A stretch of 63,183 nucleotides of DNA, counting the filler, from Perkinsus olseni (lineage: Eukaryota): assembly GCA_013115125.1 (NCBI GenBank). It is 41 parts of 41 records of this genome, joined end to end, with 100 filler letters (N's around TTAATTAATTAA, not from the genome) between each part and the next. Parts side by side here need not be neighbours in the genome. Positions count along the whole stretch, not along the records: positions 46,663 to 48,088 come from JABANN010001904.1; positions 48,189 to 49,608 come from JABANN010001905.1; positions 49,709 to 51,128 come from JABANN010001906.1; positions 51,229 to 52,646 come from JABANN010001907.1; positions 52,747 to 54,160 come from JABANN010001908.1; positions 54,261 to 55,673 come from JABANN010001909.1; positions 55,774 to 57,184 come from JABANN010001910.1; positions 57,285 to 58,695 come from JABANN010001911.1; 33 more parts are not named here. One strand, given 5' to 3'. The translations under genes were made by a program, and so were the position numbers. This document shows positions 46,663-60,374 of the stretch, piece after piece; position 1 is the first letter of the stretch, and every line of letters starts with the position of its first letter. Under the pieces are notes generated by a model that was given only the letters and a program-made list of their open reading frames with translations, made no database searches and was not told where the DNA came from.

Positions 46663-48088
46663 TCTACTTCGCCTGCATTATGGCGACATTTGCATTGGGG
46701 CAGATAGCCCCCAATATATCCTTTTTCATCGAGGGCAAAACGGCTGGGGCGAAGATCTTCCCTCTGTTCGAGGTAGTGGCTGCCTTACGTGAGCGCTGGT
46801 TCTGTTCGCCAGTATCTTCTTCCAGGTGCGAGATGACCCGAGTCGTATCGAGCCCCCTCTGTCTGAAGAATCCAGAGACAGCGGCCCACCACCTACTATG
46901 GCCTCCATTGCCTTTCATAACGTCACTTTCAGCTACCCCGCAAGACCAGAGGTTGAGGTGCTGTCTGATGTGTCATTCACGATAAACGCTGGTGAGAAAG
47001 TGGCTTTTGTCGGCGAATCCGGCTCCGGCAAGTCAACCTCCGTACAGCTCCTAGAGCGGTTCTACGACCCTACCGCGGGCGAGATCCTCATCAACGGCAA
47101 GAATATCCTCGAGATGCATGTTCATGACCTGCGTTCAATATACGGGTATGTCGGCCAGGAGCCGTTCCTTTTCGCCACCTCCATAAGAAACAACCTGGCG
47201 TACGGCTTGTCGGGCTCTCAAGTCCCTGATGAGAAGGCTCTCGTCGATGCCTGCCGTAAGGCGCAGGTGCTGGACTTTATCCTCTCCCTACCAAATGGAT
47301 TTGATACCTACTGCGGTGCCGGAGGTGGTCAGATCTCGGGAGGCCAGAAGCAGAGAATTGCCATCGCCCGGGCTTTGTTGAAGCGTCCTCAAGTCTTGCT
47401 ACTCGACGAGGCTACATCAGCCTTGGACAACGAAAGTGAGAAGATGGTGCAGAAGACTATTGACTATTTACAGGAACATTATAATATTACTACTATATCG
47501 ATAGCTCATAGGCTATCTACTATAAGAAATTCTGATAAGATATTCGTAATGAAGAAGGGCCAAGTGGTGGAGTCTGGTACTCACCATACGCTCATGCAGA
47601 ATGAGGGAGAGTACTGCGCTCTGGTAAGTGGAAAGTTCTGCTCCTAATGGCGGTCACTGTCTTTATCCGCAGGTATCAGCCCAGGAGGCTGCTCTCACTC
47701 AAGAGGCATCGCAGGACGGTGTGCATGGTGGGGCTGTCGGCCTGCATCCGTCTGATAGGCGAGTAACTCCTGAGCTACTGAGGGAAAACTCCTCCGCGGG
47801 CAACTCTGAGGTCCCCCTTAATCCCACTGGCATGCAGTTTTATCTGGGAGAAGACGAGGTTGCGATCGAGAAAGCCAGGAAAAAACAGGTAAGCCGAGCT
47901 AGCTCTTCCCTCGCCATCACCTTAGAGTGATTATTGTCCGGCATTCAGGTTGCCAAGTCCTACAAGGTCCCGTATCTACGACTCCTACAGTTCAGCTATA
48001 ATGAGCGGTATTACTACATACCGGCGTGTATTGGGGCCGCTGGCAAAGGTCTCAGCATGCCCTTGCACGCGCTCATCGTCTCCGGAGT
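46663..48088 (+). CDS. ABCB (MDR/P-glycoprotein-type) transporter: end of TMD1, NBD1, linker, start of TMD2, multi-exon
   Basis: FSYPARP, Walker A GESGSGKST, VGQEP, ISGGQKQRIAIARAL, LLLDEATSALD, IAHRLSTI. Short GT-AG introns. Confidence 0.97.
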
Positions 48089-48188
48089 NNNNNNNNNNNN
48101 NNNNNNNNNNNNNNNNNNNNNNNNNNNNNNNNTTAATTAATTAANNNNNNNNNNNNNNNNNNNNNNNNNNNNNNNNNNNNNNNNNNNN

Positions 48189-49608
48189 TCTCCATCGCAG
48201 CCCAATATCTCCGGATCTTGTGTTACACTTCTAGCAGCTCAGCTGCGAGTGTTGCTAGATGACACAGTTGGTTGATGCAGTTGATCTTATAGTTGGTGAT
48301 GTAATCGTACTTGTCTAAATCATCTTCCTGTTGAACGGCGTTTGAGTCATCCTCCGCAGGGGCTTCGTCTTCGACCTGTCGTGCAGAGAAATCAACATAG
48401 TCGTTGAATCTGACCTTGTTGTTAGTGGTCTTGGTCTCCCAGTTAGTCCCAATATGGTAGCCAGCTGGGGAGATAGTGATTCGAGTCCTTAGGCGCGACA
48501 TCGTCGGGCAACCAAGTATCACCGGGTGACTTAGTGGTACCGTTGTAACCAGAAAATTATCTATTGCGGACACTCTTGTAGTCGAAACTCGTAGACGTAC
48601 ATTGCCGATTGTGTGTAAGTGTCCACCATTGGCCGCGCTGAGGGTGTTGATGACTTCGGGTTCGAGGTCAGCGTCCGGAGCGACATAGTTGAGACACTCT
48701 GCCGTTATTAGTGATACGTCAGCACCGGTGTCATAAATAGCCGTCACCTCTGTCTCTTCAATAGTGACGTAGCCGGTCATCATTCCTTCTCGATGTCGGA
48801 CCCGAGGGTCTGGAGTAGGTGGTCTAGTCCTCGAGCTGCGTAGTGTGTAGCAGTGACGCTCTACCTCAGCAGTTCCGTTGTTGAGAAAGGTGGCATGGAC
48901 ATTAGTATTAACCTTGCCTTTGGTAGTAGGTTTAGGGCCAGAACCCTTGCCGGTGCCAGAAGTAGAAGACCGGTTAGTTGACTGGCCAGTAGTCACTCTT
49001 GAGGGAGGTGGCGTTTGTAATTTGGTACCACAAACATAGGCCAAATGCCCAGGGTTGTTACACCTGTGGCACACTAGTCGGTCCGTGTTGATACGGCAGT
49101 CATCAGTGGTATGGGCCGGGTTACCGCAGATCTTGCAACGGGAGTCCAGATTGGCGGGTTGTAGTTCTGGGCAATTCTTAGCCGAGTGGCCTGCCTTGTT
49201 GCAGCGAAAGCAGGTAAAGCCGGTAACATCGTTCTTAATGGCTAGTAGGTGCTTGACAGAGTAGTCACTCTCGGAACCGTCGTTATCAACGTAGTTGACG
49301 GATGACCTTCTCGGAGAATAGGAACGGTCTCTGCTAGTGGTACTCCTCGGTGTATACTCCTTGGCGGTTCGAGCACGAGTAGAGTTGTCCTTTGAGCGTC
49401 GCAGACCAGAGTTAATATCGTCGGTCTCATCTTTGTCGTACTTAGAGCCATAGTAGCTGACGAGCTGCTTATGATGGTGTAGTACACGGTCACGAAACTG
49501 TTCAAAGGACATGTAGTCGTTGACGAGATCAATATCTAGTCGTTGGCGTAGATGAATCGATCTCAAACCTTTGTGTAGTCTGACCTTAAGATCTCGGTAG
49601 GGAACCGG
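48189..49608 (-). mobile_element. Ty3/gypsy-like gag with three CCHC knuckles plus protease
   Basis: CFRCNKAGHSAKNC, CKICGNPAHTTDDC, CHRCNNPGHLAYVC, AIYDTGADVS...ILG. Confidence 0.92.
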
Positions 49609-49899
49609 NNNNNNNNNNNNNNNNNNNNNNNNNNNNNNNNNNNNNNNNNNNNTTAATTAATTAANNNNNNNNNNNNNNNNNNNNNNNNNNNNNNNNNNNN
49701 NNNNNNNNGTCTCTCCTCTATGCTTGACGGCAATGTTCATCCTCCCTGGCGGCCCTTGCCGTGTGTGGTCTGGAGCCCTCTTCCCTCTTCACCGGTTCGG
49801 CCATCGAAGCGGCCACGGTTGGGGCAGTTGGGACCGGTAATTTCGTCCCCTCAACAACAGTTTCGTTCGGCTCTGACTCCGGGCCCTTCATCCGTGTCC

Positions 49900-50906
49900 T
49901 CCGCGAAGGCGCGTAAAGCCCTTCAGGTGGCAGCTGCGACATCCTCCGAGGTCATCGACGTGTTTGTGTACTCGGCTTTCGCGCCTAGTACTACTGCCGC
50001 TAGTAGATCAGCTCACAAGCTCTATTTGTCTATATGTGCTGCGCAATGTAGGCCCCACCTTCCTGTCTCTCTCTCTCGACGTTATTATCCCTAGTTCATG
50101 CTATGACAGAGGCCAGGTATAGCGCTGGAACAGTTAAGAGTTACCTTTCTCATATCAAGTCCCAGGCGTTAAGGTCCCGTTCTCTCTCGCTGGACCCTGC
50201 TGACGAGGCCATTCTCCAGCTAGCCCTTCGTGCCTCTAAGAAGATTCTTGGCGATTCTCCGAAAAGAGCGGTCACGCTATCTCGTGATGACGTCCACGCT
50301 GTCTCTTTGCATCTGCGCGCGAAGGATTCAATAGCGGCCGATCTCTATCTCTTTGGAGTGGCGGGTCTGTTTCGCCTAGGGGAACTTCTCAATATGTCCT
50401 CAGGTGATGTGCAGCCGTCGTGGCCGACGGTGGAAGGAAAAACGACTTTCGCTGCATCAGTCTTTGTGCGAAAATCGAAGACTGATGTTTACGGACACGG
50501 CTATTATCGTCCGATTCCCTGTATCAGCGTCGGTGGCACCGACATCTCCGCGGGCTCTTATCCTCAGTGCTCCTCCGAACTGTGTGGAGCACACCAAGTT
50601 CTTTACCGGTCCCGGTCCGCCCTGTCTCCTTGTGAGTCTCTGTTTCACATTTCCAGAGACTCCTTCTCACGTCTACTTGCAACCGCGATCACTGCTGTCA
50701 AGGGGCAGGTGAGCGGTCGGAGGTCTTCCCATTCCATGAGAAGGTCGGGGGCGGTTTTGTGTTACGAGGCTGGCATGCCGCTTCCCCTTCTCGCGGAATA
50801 TGGGCGTTGGTCTACTACTGAATGCCTCCAGAAGATTTACTTGCGTGATGGCCCACACATGATGAACCATTTTTCGTCGTTCGTGTTCCGAGCCTGGACG
50901 TCCTAA
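49900..50906 (+). mobile_element. Second DIRS/Ngaro-type tyrosine recombinase, frameshifted in a (CT)n run near 50070
   Basis: AFAPSTT N-domain, LFRLGEL, RKSKTD, HSMRR, YGRWST...IY. Confidence 0.9.
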
Positions 50907-51228
50907 GTCTGCGGTCAGTTTGCTTGCTTATTGGTTTGAGGCTCAAACCTTGAGCATTATCAGTTTCTGTCAGCCCTTTATCAGTGTTGGGTTGGTTGGT
51001 CGTGTCCCGTCGCCTCTCGGCTTGGGCTTCTGCCTCACCCTCGGCTCTGCCTCGGGGATGGCGTATTTGGTAGGCTTCATCCCATTCCTCGGCCTCCGAT
51101 ATGTGGCAAGGTTGGGCTTCAATCACCANNNNNNNNNNNNNNNNNNNNNNNNNNNNNNNNNNNNNNNNNNNNTTAATTAATTAANNNNNNNNNNNNNNNN
51201 NNNNNNNNNNNNNNNNNNNNNNNNNNNN

Positions 51229-52646
51229 AAGGGACAACCGTTGCGTATCGCGCACGCCCGGCGTCACAGTAATATAGTATCGAACCCGCGCTACCGCGCA
51301 GGTCGTAGGTCGGTGGCTTTGGATCTTCTCCAGCCCCGGCTCCGTAGTACTCTCGTAGACTTTATCTGCCTCCAGGAGCCCAGCTCCTCCTCACGTAAGC
51401 TTATCGGTTACCAATACCATGGCTTGCGTCGAGGCGAAGAGGCAGCTGTTTTATCTAAACGTGGCACCATGTGCCACACGGTTTTCGCGTCCCGCGACCT
51501 TGCTGTGGTCAAGGGACGTAGCTATGGCGTCGCGTCGCTGTACCTCCACGGCTCTGACATGCCAAGGAGGGAGGCGGCGCTGACGGAGATCGAGGAGGTC
51601 ATAGACTCATGGCCGCCCACTATCCCACTCTACATCTGCTCTGATGCAAACGCATGGCATGTAGGGTGGGGCTCGGTCTCCACTGCTGCCAATCAGCACA
51701 GGCAGGCTTGGCAGCGCGGTGAGGCGCTCGTTGACTGGTGTCTGGATAAAGAAGTTAGGATCCTCAATGACGAGGTTTCTCTGCCGACCTTCGAGTCCAA
51801 CCGGTACCAATCGTGGGTTGACCTCACCCTATTATACGGAGCGCCCAGAGATGGCGTTGAGCCTCGATGGGAGGTCGTGGATGACCTCTGCGGGTCAGAC
51901 CACAGGCTACTCTACGTGCAGTTCGGTGAGCAGGAAGCGGCCCCCGCTCCGAGACTAGCTCACCGTCTTGTAGACATAGCCAAGGTTATTGATGGCGCCT
52001 CTAGGATTCCTCCTGATACTTATCTCTCTGGTATCACGGAATCTTTGAGCGCCTTGGTAAAACGGTACACGCCTGAAGCCCCCGCCCCGTCTGACACCAC
52101 CTGGTGGACGGGTGAGCTGACTAGGCTGAAGGCGAAGCTACGAAGGGCCCAGCGGGCGTTCTTCCGACACAAAAGGTTGAACGGCCCCGATGCATCCTCC
52201 ACGGTGCACTATCGGGGTATCCGTGACGCTGCCGAACGCAAGTTCAAGGTAGCCGTTAGAGGGGCCAAGGGGGTAGCTGCTCGCAGATTCTTCACTGATC
52301 TGCAGAACTACTCCCGCTGCGTTAAACGAGGTTGTCCTCGGATTCCCCCAGCCGCTATATGCGCGCATGGGGTGAATCAGGCGGACTTCCTCCTACATCG
52401 GCTTTTTCCTCGGGACCCCGACAGGGACACTGAGGTTGAGGCCTTACGGTTTGGGCAGCGTACCGAGCCGGTGCCGGCGGTTACCGCCTCTGAACTCAGA
52501 GAGGCAGCCAGCGGACTCAGGCGAGGCGCAGCCCCGGGCGAGGACGACGTTAGTAATGACGTTGTTCTCGATACGCTCGAGGTGCTGAAGGACAGCTGGT
52601 GCGCCCAGCTTAGTGCAGCCCTCGAAGCTGGTATATTCCCCCAAGA
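51229..52646 (+). mobile_element. Non-LTR ORF2: APE endonuclease through RT domain 0
   Basis: ICLQEP, SDANA..WGS, RGE, PTF, VDLT, SDHR, WW..EL, APGED. Confidence 0.93.
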
Positions 52647-53967
52647 NNNNNNNNNNNNNNNNNNNNNNNNNNNNNNNNNNNNNNNNNNNNTTAATTAATT
52701 AANNNNNNNNNNNNNNNNNNNNNNNNNNNNNNNNNNNNNNNNNNNNGTTCCGTACTCGTCCAGGTGGCAGTGCACGAGTCGAAAAACCGGATATGCTAAG
52801 AATTTGTGGAGGGGTGTATAATGAGGAACAATACAGCAGGGCTGGTGTTGTGTGCAGGGTTTCTAGAAAAGTTGACATGCATGTCCATTTGGAAAACGTC
52901 GCGGTGTGTGTCAGTTTATAGTCTAACACCGGTTCCGGCTTACTTAGAGTCCTGCCGTTGGGTATACGTCGACTCGGAACTTGGAACAGAATGTCACACA
53001 GTGTGACTCGCACTGAGCTAGGGAGACTTAGGGGAGTGACTATAGAGTAGAGTAGGGGCAGCGCGCGCCAACAACCACAACAATTAGCTATGGATCCTAT
53101 GCTGCACGCAAGCACATGTATGTGCGCAGAATCCCGTAACAAGCCCCGATTTTCTCTTTAACATCCATACGCTGGATGACCCGATGCAACGTAATTACTC
53201 AAGGCTCGGAGGAGCCGGCCTCATGAGGAGCTACTGGTAGCAATCCCAGTAGAATTATCCTACGCGGCGAGCGAGCGTGGTAATGAAATCACCACACAGA
53301 GCCTGCGAGCGCACAAGAGGAACTTGGGCGCGCCAACGACTCGAGAATCCGCGGCAGTTCAAGAAAGTTCAATGCTAGATGTAGGGAGGAGCTAGCAATA
53401 GGTACAGCTATCAAAGTTATAGCTGTAATAATGGCGGACGCAGGCTCGACCCAACCTTTCGCTCCTTGGATGTGGAGGTAGGATACTTGAGCCGGCTGAC
53501 CGGGTACGGAGTCGGGCAGCTCTCATGTCCCACTGAACCGTAGTGGCTCCCAACCACTAGTTGGTAGCAGACACAGGCTACTGCCTGGCTGCTGGCTCTG
53601 ACGCTGTGAAGGTCCAACAGGTTAGAGCAGAGCCACTCACTGTTCACATTCCCAACCTCTGCATCACGGGCATTTCGGGTGCGGGGAGCAACGAGGTTCC
53701 ATAGCGTGATCCATTTCGCGTACGCATGCACGTCATCACGATAGCCGGACAACGAACCATAGTTGAGCAGGGCTTTTCCGTTATATAATGAATGACAGCA
53801 TTGGGAGCGGTTCTGATTAACATTTCCGTGAGCATAGTATGTGGTTGTCCGCTATGAGTGTGCTCCACTATTGTGTGGGCGACACATCTCTATATATTCA
53901 TGGCGAATCGCGCACATGCTTGCACTGTGGAGCATGGTGATCAGGCCTTTCCAGCTTTTGATCAACG

Positions 53968-54160
53968 ATGGTCAGCTTTATTTCGGCTTCTTCTTTCCTG
54001 TTTCTTCTCTCTGGGGTGGTCATCGCCGACGTCGCGAAGCCCCTGGGTCTCTATACTCCGAGAGGCTTTAAAACCGAGTCTATCCGCGCTGAGCTCGAGT
54101 TCCTCGAGAACGACAGGGTGAAGTACAACATCCGTAGTCCTATGCTTGACTCGAAGAGTA
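53968..54160 (+). CDS. Secreted lineage-specific protein N-terminus
   Basis: Signal peptide followed by KPLGLY. Confidence 0.65.
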
Positions 54161-56166
54161 NNNNNNNNNNNNNNNNNNNNNNNNNNNNNNNNNNNNNNNN
54201 NNNNTTAATTAATTAANNNNNNNNNNNNNNNNNNNNNNNNNNNNNNNNNNNNNNNNNNNNGGGGGGGAATCAAAGTTAATCCGATTCCTGAAAACGCTAA
54301 CCATCCTGGGAGACTTCTGCCCAGCTCTGCGCAAGAGCACTTCTGTTGCTAGTCCTTACGAAGGGTTATTCATATTTGATAAGTTATTCTTTCGTCGAGT
54401 TGTGTTTACGCGCAAACACGTTATGGCGAGTTATCTCGTTGGCTTTTTTGCGTTATTGCGTCTCACGCGTGCGTTATGCGGCGAAGTATTATTGCAACAC
54501 AACATGAATGACTCCAGTTAGACGTTGAGGCTCTTACTAGAGCTCAACAGAACCCTGACCAAGTTGGGACGAGCATAGTGCACGGTGCAACGGCCACTGG
54601 GGAAAAATGGCACCATCGGGCCAATCGCCCGCTAGAGGATGGCATTGCTAGAGGAGTTCCTTTATTGTGACCTGCTAACGGCTGCAAAAACGTGCAGCCC
54701 GTTAACTGCTTGCACATACTTGAACATACTTGAACATGCTTGGACATTGTAGCAAGTTCACTTCTGAATAAGGGAATATAAGAAGAGGCGACCATTAAAG
54801 ATACACTACTTGGTGATATCTTGAGCTGCTCGTAAGCAACGAAACGAAATTATTTACAACAAACTTCGATAATATGTAAGTGAGGCCGAAGGACTGGATG
54901 TACCTTAACGCAGAACTGCGCGCGTCGATAGTGCCAAAACCCTGTTTTTGCTTACCCTACGAGCCTGTACCACCTTCCAAACTGGGCTAGTGGGCCTGAT
55001 TATTCCATCAAATGCTTTTTTCCTTAATCCACGATAGACTTACCCAACGAAGGAGGATGAGTCATGTAGTTCAACTGTATGTTGGACAAGAAATGAGACG
55101 GTTGCAATACACAAGCGTGGTACACCATAGCGATTGCGAAACAGAACCAGGGCCTTGGGTGGTAGACCGGAAACCTGACGGTAAGAGCGTTCTAACGAGC
55201 GATAGCTCAATCAGAAGCTGAGAGATTTACGTTCTCTTCCAGATGAAAACAAAAGGAGCAACAACCAGCAGCGCGTGCTGTACATAGAACACTGCGATCT
55301 CTGAAAAGAAAGACACTACTGCAGGCACAAAAGAAACTGTTGAGAGATGCTTGCATGAGTTCCAATTGAGGCCCGTCCAACAGAAGCACTACCATAGAAC
55401 GAATTGTGGATGACATCTTGAGTGTAACATGAATCAGACTTCTTATACCCTCAAACCAGTCCCCCCTACCGAAAGGATATTCTCGTCTTTGGTATTCACT
55501 CAAGTCCGTAAAGAACAGCGCCAAGATTTGCGCCCAGAATAGATGAGTGTGGACGTTGAAGAAGCTGGCAGAGAGCGAAGAGTCTCTTCTCCACCAGGCG
55601 ATCACCAGCAGAACACAGCTTATCTGCTAGCAATGTGGTCGAGAGATGCTCCCTTTCTGCTGCGGGCTGCAGGNNNNNNNNNNNNNNNNNNNNNNNNNNN
55701 NNNNNNNNNNNNNNNNNTTAATTAATTAANNNNNNNNNNNNNNNNNNNNNNNNNNNNNNNNNNNNNNNNNNNNAACCTGAGAAGTACTCAGCAACTCATG
55801 CACTGGGTCCTTATCACTGAGGACTCCTCAGGTCATCCGTGAGCCATTCATGGTTACAATACAATAACCTGTCTTTCGTTCCTAGAGACATATGCATTGT
55901 ATTAACCATATTGACACAACATAAACCTCAGGCTGTGAAGATTGAAGTATGGAGATGATGGTGCTAATGCGAGATTATCTCTCAGAGATAAGCGGACACC
56001 ACCTTACGATCGGAATGGGGATCACAAAAAAAGCAAAAACTGTTGCCGATAAGGTTGACTTTAGATCTTGGCAGTGCTAGCCCATCCTAGCTGCAACTGC
56101 ATGTGTAGAAGGTCCTGTAGCATCTTTATAGCAGCTAAAACTCGAGCATATCCCAGGTTAGGATTC

Positions 56167-56860
56167 CTAACCTAGCAGGTCTCTCCAGTATCTGCTAGGT
56201 TTTCTGCGGTTAGCTATGGTAGCCTTTTCCACTTCCATTGCGAGATACAAACATTCATCGTCCTTCCAATGCGGGCAAATGATCTGGCAATTCGATCAGG
56301 TACAAACACGTTGGAGCGTCACCAGCCCATATCTCACCTGGAAGCCGATCGGCATGCCATGAGCGTCATACCCTACTGGAACACTGATAGAAGGGAAGCC
56401 TAGCAAGTTGGTTGGCCAGGCATAACGCATCATACGAACACCGAGTTGTGGATAGAAAACACCTACATTGAGATAGACTCGACTCTCACTGTTGATAATT
56501 TATCAACATCATCCCATCCCTATCTCCTACCATGAGATTTGGCATTTTTTGGAATCGGTATGGACGTCAAGGGAAGTGTTGGAGTACAAACAGCATCAAC
56601 GTTCTCGAATACCGAATTCCTGAGTTCGAGCCGAATATCTGCTCAGTTCGGGTAGCTATTCTCATCATGAGGAAGAACAAGAACGGCCGACGCTCACCAT
56701 TGTTCCAAAGACCAGCCCTTCAGCCGTTGGATCGCAAGTGCCTCGACTGCGCTGATGTCTCTTCCGAAGCCAAGTTGAATCTGTTGCAGATCTGACGGTT
56801 AAATCCGACTACTGTGCCGCCCCTTACCTGGGTACCCGGCTGTAACCTACCGAGGTCCTC
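56167..56860 (-). CDS. Amidase-signature family enzyme (FAAH/GatA-like), C-terminal exons, missed by the ORF track
   Basis: Spliced reading gives GRDISAVEALAIQR / VDAVCTPTLP / RYAWPTNLLGFPSISVPVGYDAHGMPIGFQ / IICPHWKDDECLYLAMEVEK...LLG and stop. The gene extends further 5'. Confidence 0.9.
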
Positions 56861-57285
56861 GTGATCTATCGTCTTGCTAAATTCGCAAGTGATGGCGAGA
56901 GCTGCGAAGAAAGGAATCTCTCGAGAATGAAATCAGTTCCAACAATCAGTACGAAACAACGATGTCACAGCGATGCGATTAGCATAAACAACTGGTCCAC
57001 ACGACGTACATATCACGCACGGAAGAATCCAGAGGAATTGGATCTCGATGGATTTCCTTGCCGCGCTGAGTGCTCACATTACGATCGGTGGTCTACCGAT
57101 ACTCGATTCGGACTAATTACAGTGTGATACAGCCTGTGCATTCATGTTTGGCAGAGTGAAGTGATGAACCTCCCAGTTTAGTTTNNNNNNNNNNNNNNNN
57201 NNNNNNNNNNNNNNNNNNNNNNNNNNNNTTAATTAATTAANNNNNNNNNNNNNNNNNNNNNNNNNNNNNNNNNNNNNNNNNNNNG

Positions 57286-58186
57286 ATGCACCCGGGACCG
57301 TTGGGGACACCACCTTCCGGACCGGTTATGATGTCCGGTGTCCGGATGTCCGGTGTCCAGCCTACACCTCGACTGATGGGGACTTATGTCGACCTTCCTA
57401 CTCCGACTGGACCTGTTGTATCCCCACCTTCGTACGGACAGCCGCCCACTTTGAACCCGGCACCTAGGATGGCGCCGTTCATGTCGAATGCGGCTCCGGT
57501 TACGTCATTATCGCCTGGGCTCACAGCAGTGACTCGGACTGTCCCGGAAAGGCGCGCAGTTTGGGGTTCGAAGGTCTTCTCGGAGGTCTTGGCGAGCGTT
57601 AGGAAGAGCGCTAAGCTGCCGGGTGCGCCCTATAAGGGGACTGGCGATCCTCGTTGCCTTGGGGAGTTCTTGCGGGAATTGGAAATTGATTTGACGTTTG
57701 CCGCGGGGGATGAAGTCTGGATGCTCGCGTTTCTCCTCAACATGCTGAGTCACGGGGTACGGGCCGAAATCCTGCAGGCCTACGAGGCTGCGCATCAATG
57801 CCCACTGCAAGGACACTTAGCTGAGGGGCGATATGGATACGCGCTTCAGGCTGTCCAAACTCTCCTGCGACAAGTCTATTCAACGGCAGATGATCGACGC
57901 CAAGTCATCAACAAGTTCAATGCGCTGAGTGTCGGGGGAGGGCACTATCGAGCAGTATGATTACCAGTTTGATCTGCTCCGTACTGAAGTCCAAATAATA
58001 TCAGGCCAACCACTCTCAGAAGACACTGTGATAGCGCATTACCTCAATGGATTAGGACAGCGAGCTCAAAGATTCGCCGAGGTTCACTTGAGCAGCGTCA
58101 CCACTTTCGGTGAGCTACGGCGTCGAATCCGAGCCTTCTGGAAATCTAAGACCAAGTACAAGCAGACGCCTGTTACTGTAGCTTAG
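57286..58186 (+). mobile_element. Retrotransposon gag-like ORF with frameshift in a G run near 57935
   Basis: Pro-rich start, YKGTGDPRCLGEFLRELE, TIEQYDYQF...VIAHYLNGL. Confidence 0.7.
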
Positions 58187-58884
58187 CTGAGTGTGGTGCC
58201 GGTAACAAGACCCCTGAGGTTCAGGGGGCTGCTAAGTGCTACGGGTCGACTGCGCGTGCCGTGTCAGCATCGGGCAGTGCCTCCCCGTCCTTCCCATGTG
58301 GTCATCATCCTCCGGAACTGTTCTTAACGGTTCGCAATCAACCGTCTGTAAAGGCCCGGGTATGTTGCAACACTGTGTTACTGAGGATGCGCCTAGGACA
58401 GTGGCCCTCATTTTGTCTCCACAAGCAAGATTCCTGCCTGAGTGATATTGTTGAGTTCCTCAGATCGAAGGTTAAATACACTTTTCCAAGGAACTCTGCT
58501 CAAAGCCTTTGAGTCAAAGGGCTGTGATTGAAGTGAGCAAGCGCAAGTTCTTGCTGCTACTTGCAGTATAAGAACGCGTCGCGTGGATAATACTGTCGCC
58601 GACAGTGGATAGTCAGGAGAGGTAGAAGATAAATCTTGCTTCCCTTCAGCAAAAGGATCGGAAAGAATAAACTGTGTCCTTTCCAAAGCCGCTTGNNNNN
58701 NNNNNNNNNNNNNNNNNNNNNNNNNNNNNNNNNNNNNNNTTAATTAATTAANNNNNNNNNNNNNNNNNNNNNNNNNNNNNNNNNNNNNNNNNNNNCTTGG
58801 CATTCGGAATGTTGGAGAGTAAATGGCCTGCGAGTCTCCAGCTGATAATCGATAGTGAGCATCCAGTGCAGGCCTCCACATTCA

Positions 58885-59010
58885 GGCGAGCCGAGACTCC
58901 TCGCTCGGCTCGTCGGACCTCGCCAAGGCCTAGGCTCGCTCGGCTCGGCTCGAAGGATTCTAGCGAGCCGAGACGAGACTCGATTTTCAGCTCGGCGGAG
59001 CCTCGCTCCG
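58885..59010. repeat. Subterminal GCTCGGCTCG/CGAGCCGAG motifs upstream of the hAT ORF
   Basis: Several direct and inverted copies. Confidence 0.65.
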
Positions 59011-59365
59011 CCTGCAGTTACTTTTCGAGATTGCAAGATTCACGAAAGACCACGCCAAGTGAATCACTTGAAGTGATCTGCGTCGCAGATGATTGCAAGT
59101 TAGAATTCCAAACATCATTAACATCTCGGGGCTGACTCTGATCATCGATCAATGGTCGAGCTGAGGCTCAAGCCCCAAGCGAAAATTCATTAACATCGAT
59201 AATATCCATTCGAATAGAGTCGGTGATATCGAAGCATCCGATCTCAATCGGTCTTCGAAAAAAGTTGTTTGGAGAGTTCTATGCGGAACATTTCCGAGTT
59301 GAGGGCATGGGCTTTTTAGTCATGGCAAGTCTTTCTCAGTCAGCTTTTCGGGACTCTTCTGTCCG

Positions 59366-60192
59366 TTGCAAAACCTGCGCTGGAGAATGCCTGGCCCTCT
59401 CCGTCCATCTTCCGAACATGTCGGACTGTATGCGGCTAATACTTCCATGTCGGCAAGCAGCTCGTCGGGGGCGTTCATTGATGGCGGTACTGAGAACCTG
59501 ATCTCGGGTGACGAAGCTGATGCTGTTATTCATCCCTTAATTCCTCCAACAACACGTGCTGCTGCACAGTCGTCTCGCACTCCCGCAGCTACTTGTAAAA
59601 CTTCGGCGAAGAAAAGGGCCCCGTCTACGGTGCATAGCACAAGTCGCAAAATTCGCAAGCTGTCCTCCTCTGCATTTGCAACCGTCAAAAAGGGTGATGG
59701 TGGCCCACAGATGGGGCAGGCATTGGATCTGGTGGCATACTCCTTAGCGGGTCCTAAGCCCAACAGTAAGAGCAAGGTCTGGGAAGATTTCAGTCTGGTC
59801 AAGAGGAAGAGTGATAACAAGATATTTGATAACATTGCTGCGTGTAATCATTGTTTGATCGTTGTCTCCCACATCGACGCCAATACATCATCGATGATTC
59901 GGCATGAGTGCAAACATGAGAGCTCGAAACCTATGAAACTGACCCAGTTTCCGGGTGTCCTCCAGCCAGTGTCTCTCCCAGAAGAGCATCGTCGCACTCT
60001 GGTCGACGGCTGCGTGAAATTGTCGGCCGCCATCCCTGGCATTGGCTTTGCTACTCATAGATCAGAGGCTATGCTAGAATTTATACAGATGATAATAGAT
60101 GTAACAACGAAGGTTGGAAGACCCTGGGATGCTGCTAAGTCCATTCCATCTGATACGACGATCAGCAGAAAATGCAAAGAAGTGGCGGCCGA
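59366..60192 (+). mobile_element. hAT (Hermes/hobo-like) transposase N-terminus
   Basis: BED finger SKVWEDF...ACNHC...TSSMIRH, then IPSDTTISR. Confidence 0.85.
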
Positions 60193-60374
60193 NNNNNNNN
60201 NNNNNNNNNNNNNNNNNNNNNNNNNNNNNNNNNNNNTTAATTAATTAANNNNNNNNNNNNNNNNNNNNNNNNNNNNNNNNNNNNNNNNNNNNCGATAAAC
60301 ACAACCCCCCCAGGAATCCGAAACAGCCCGGAGGAGATGGTGGTCAATGACGTTGCAGCAGATCGAAGAGGGAG

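Noticed and set aside
48190-48199. Fourth copy of repeat B (CTCCATCGCA)
   Set aside because: Only 10 nt match before divergence.
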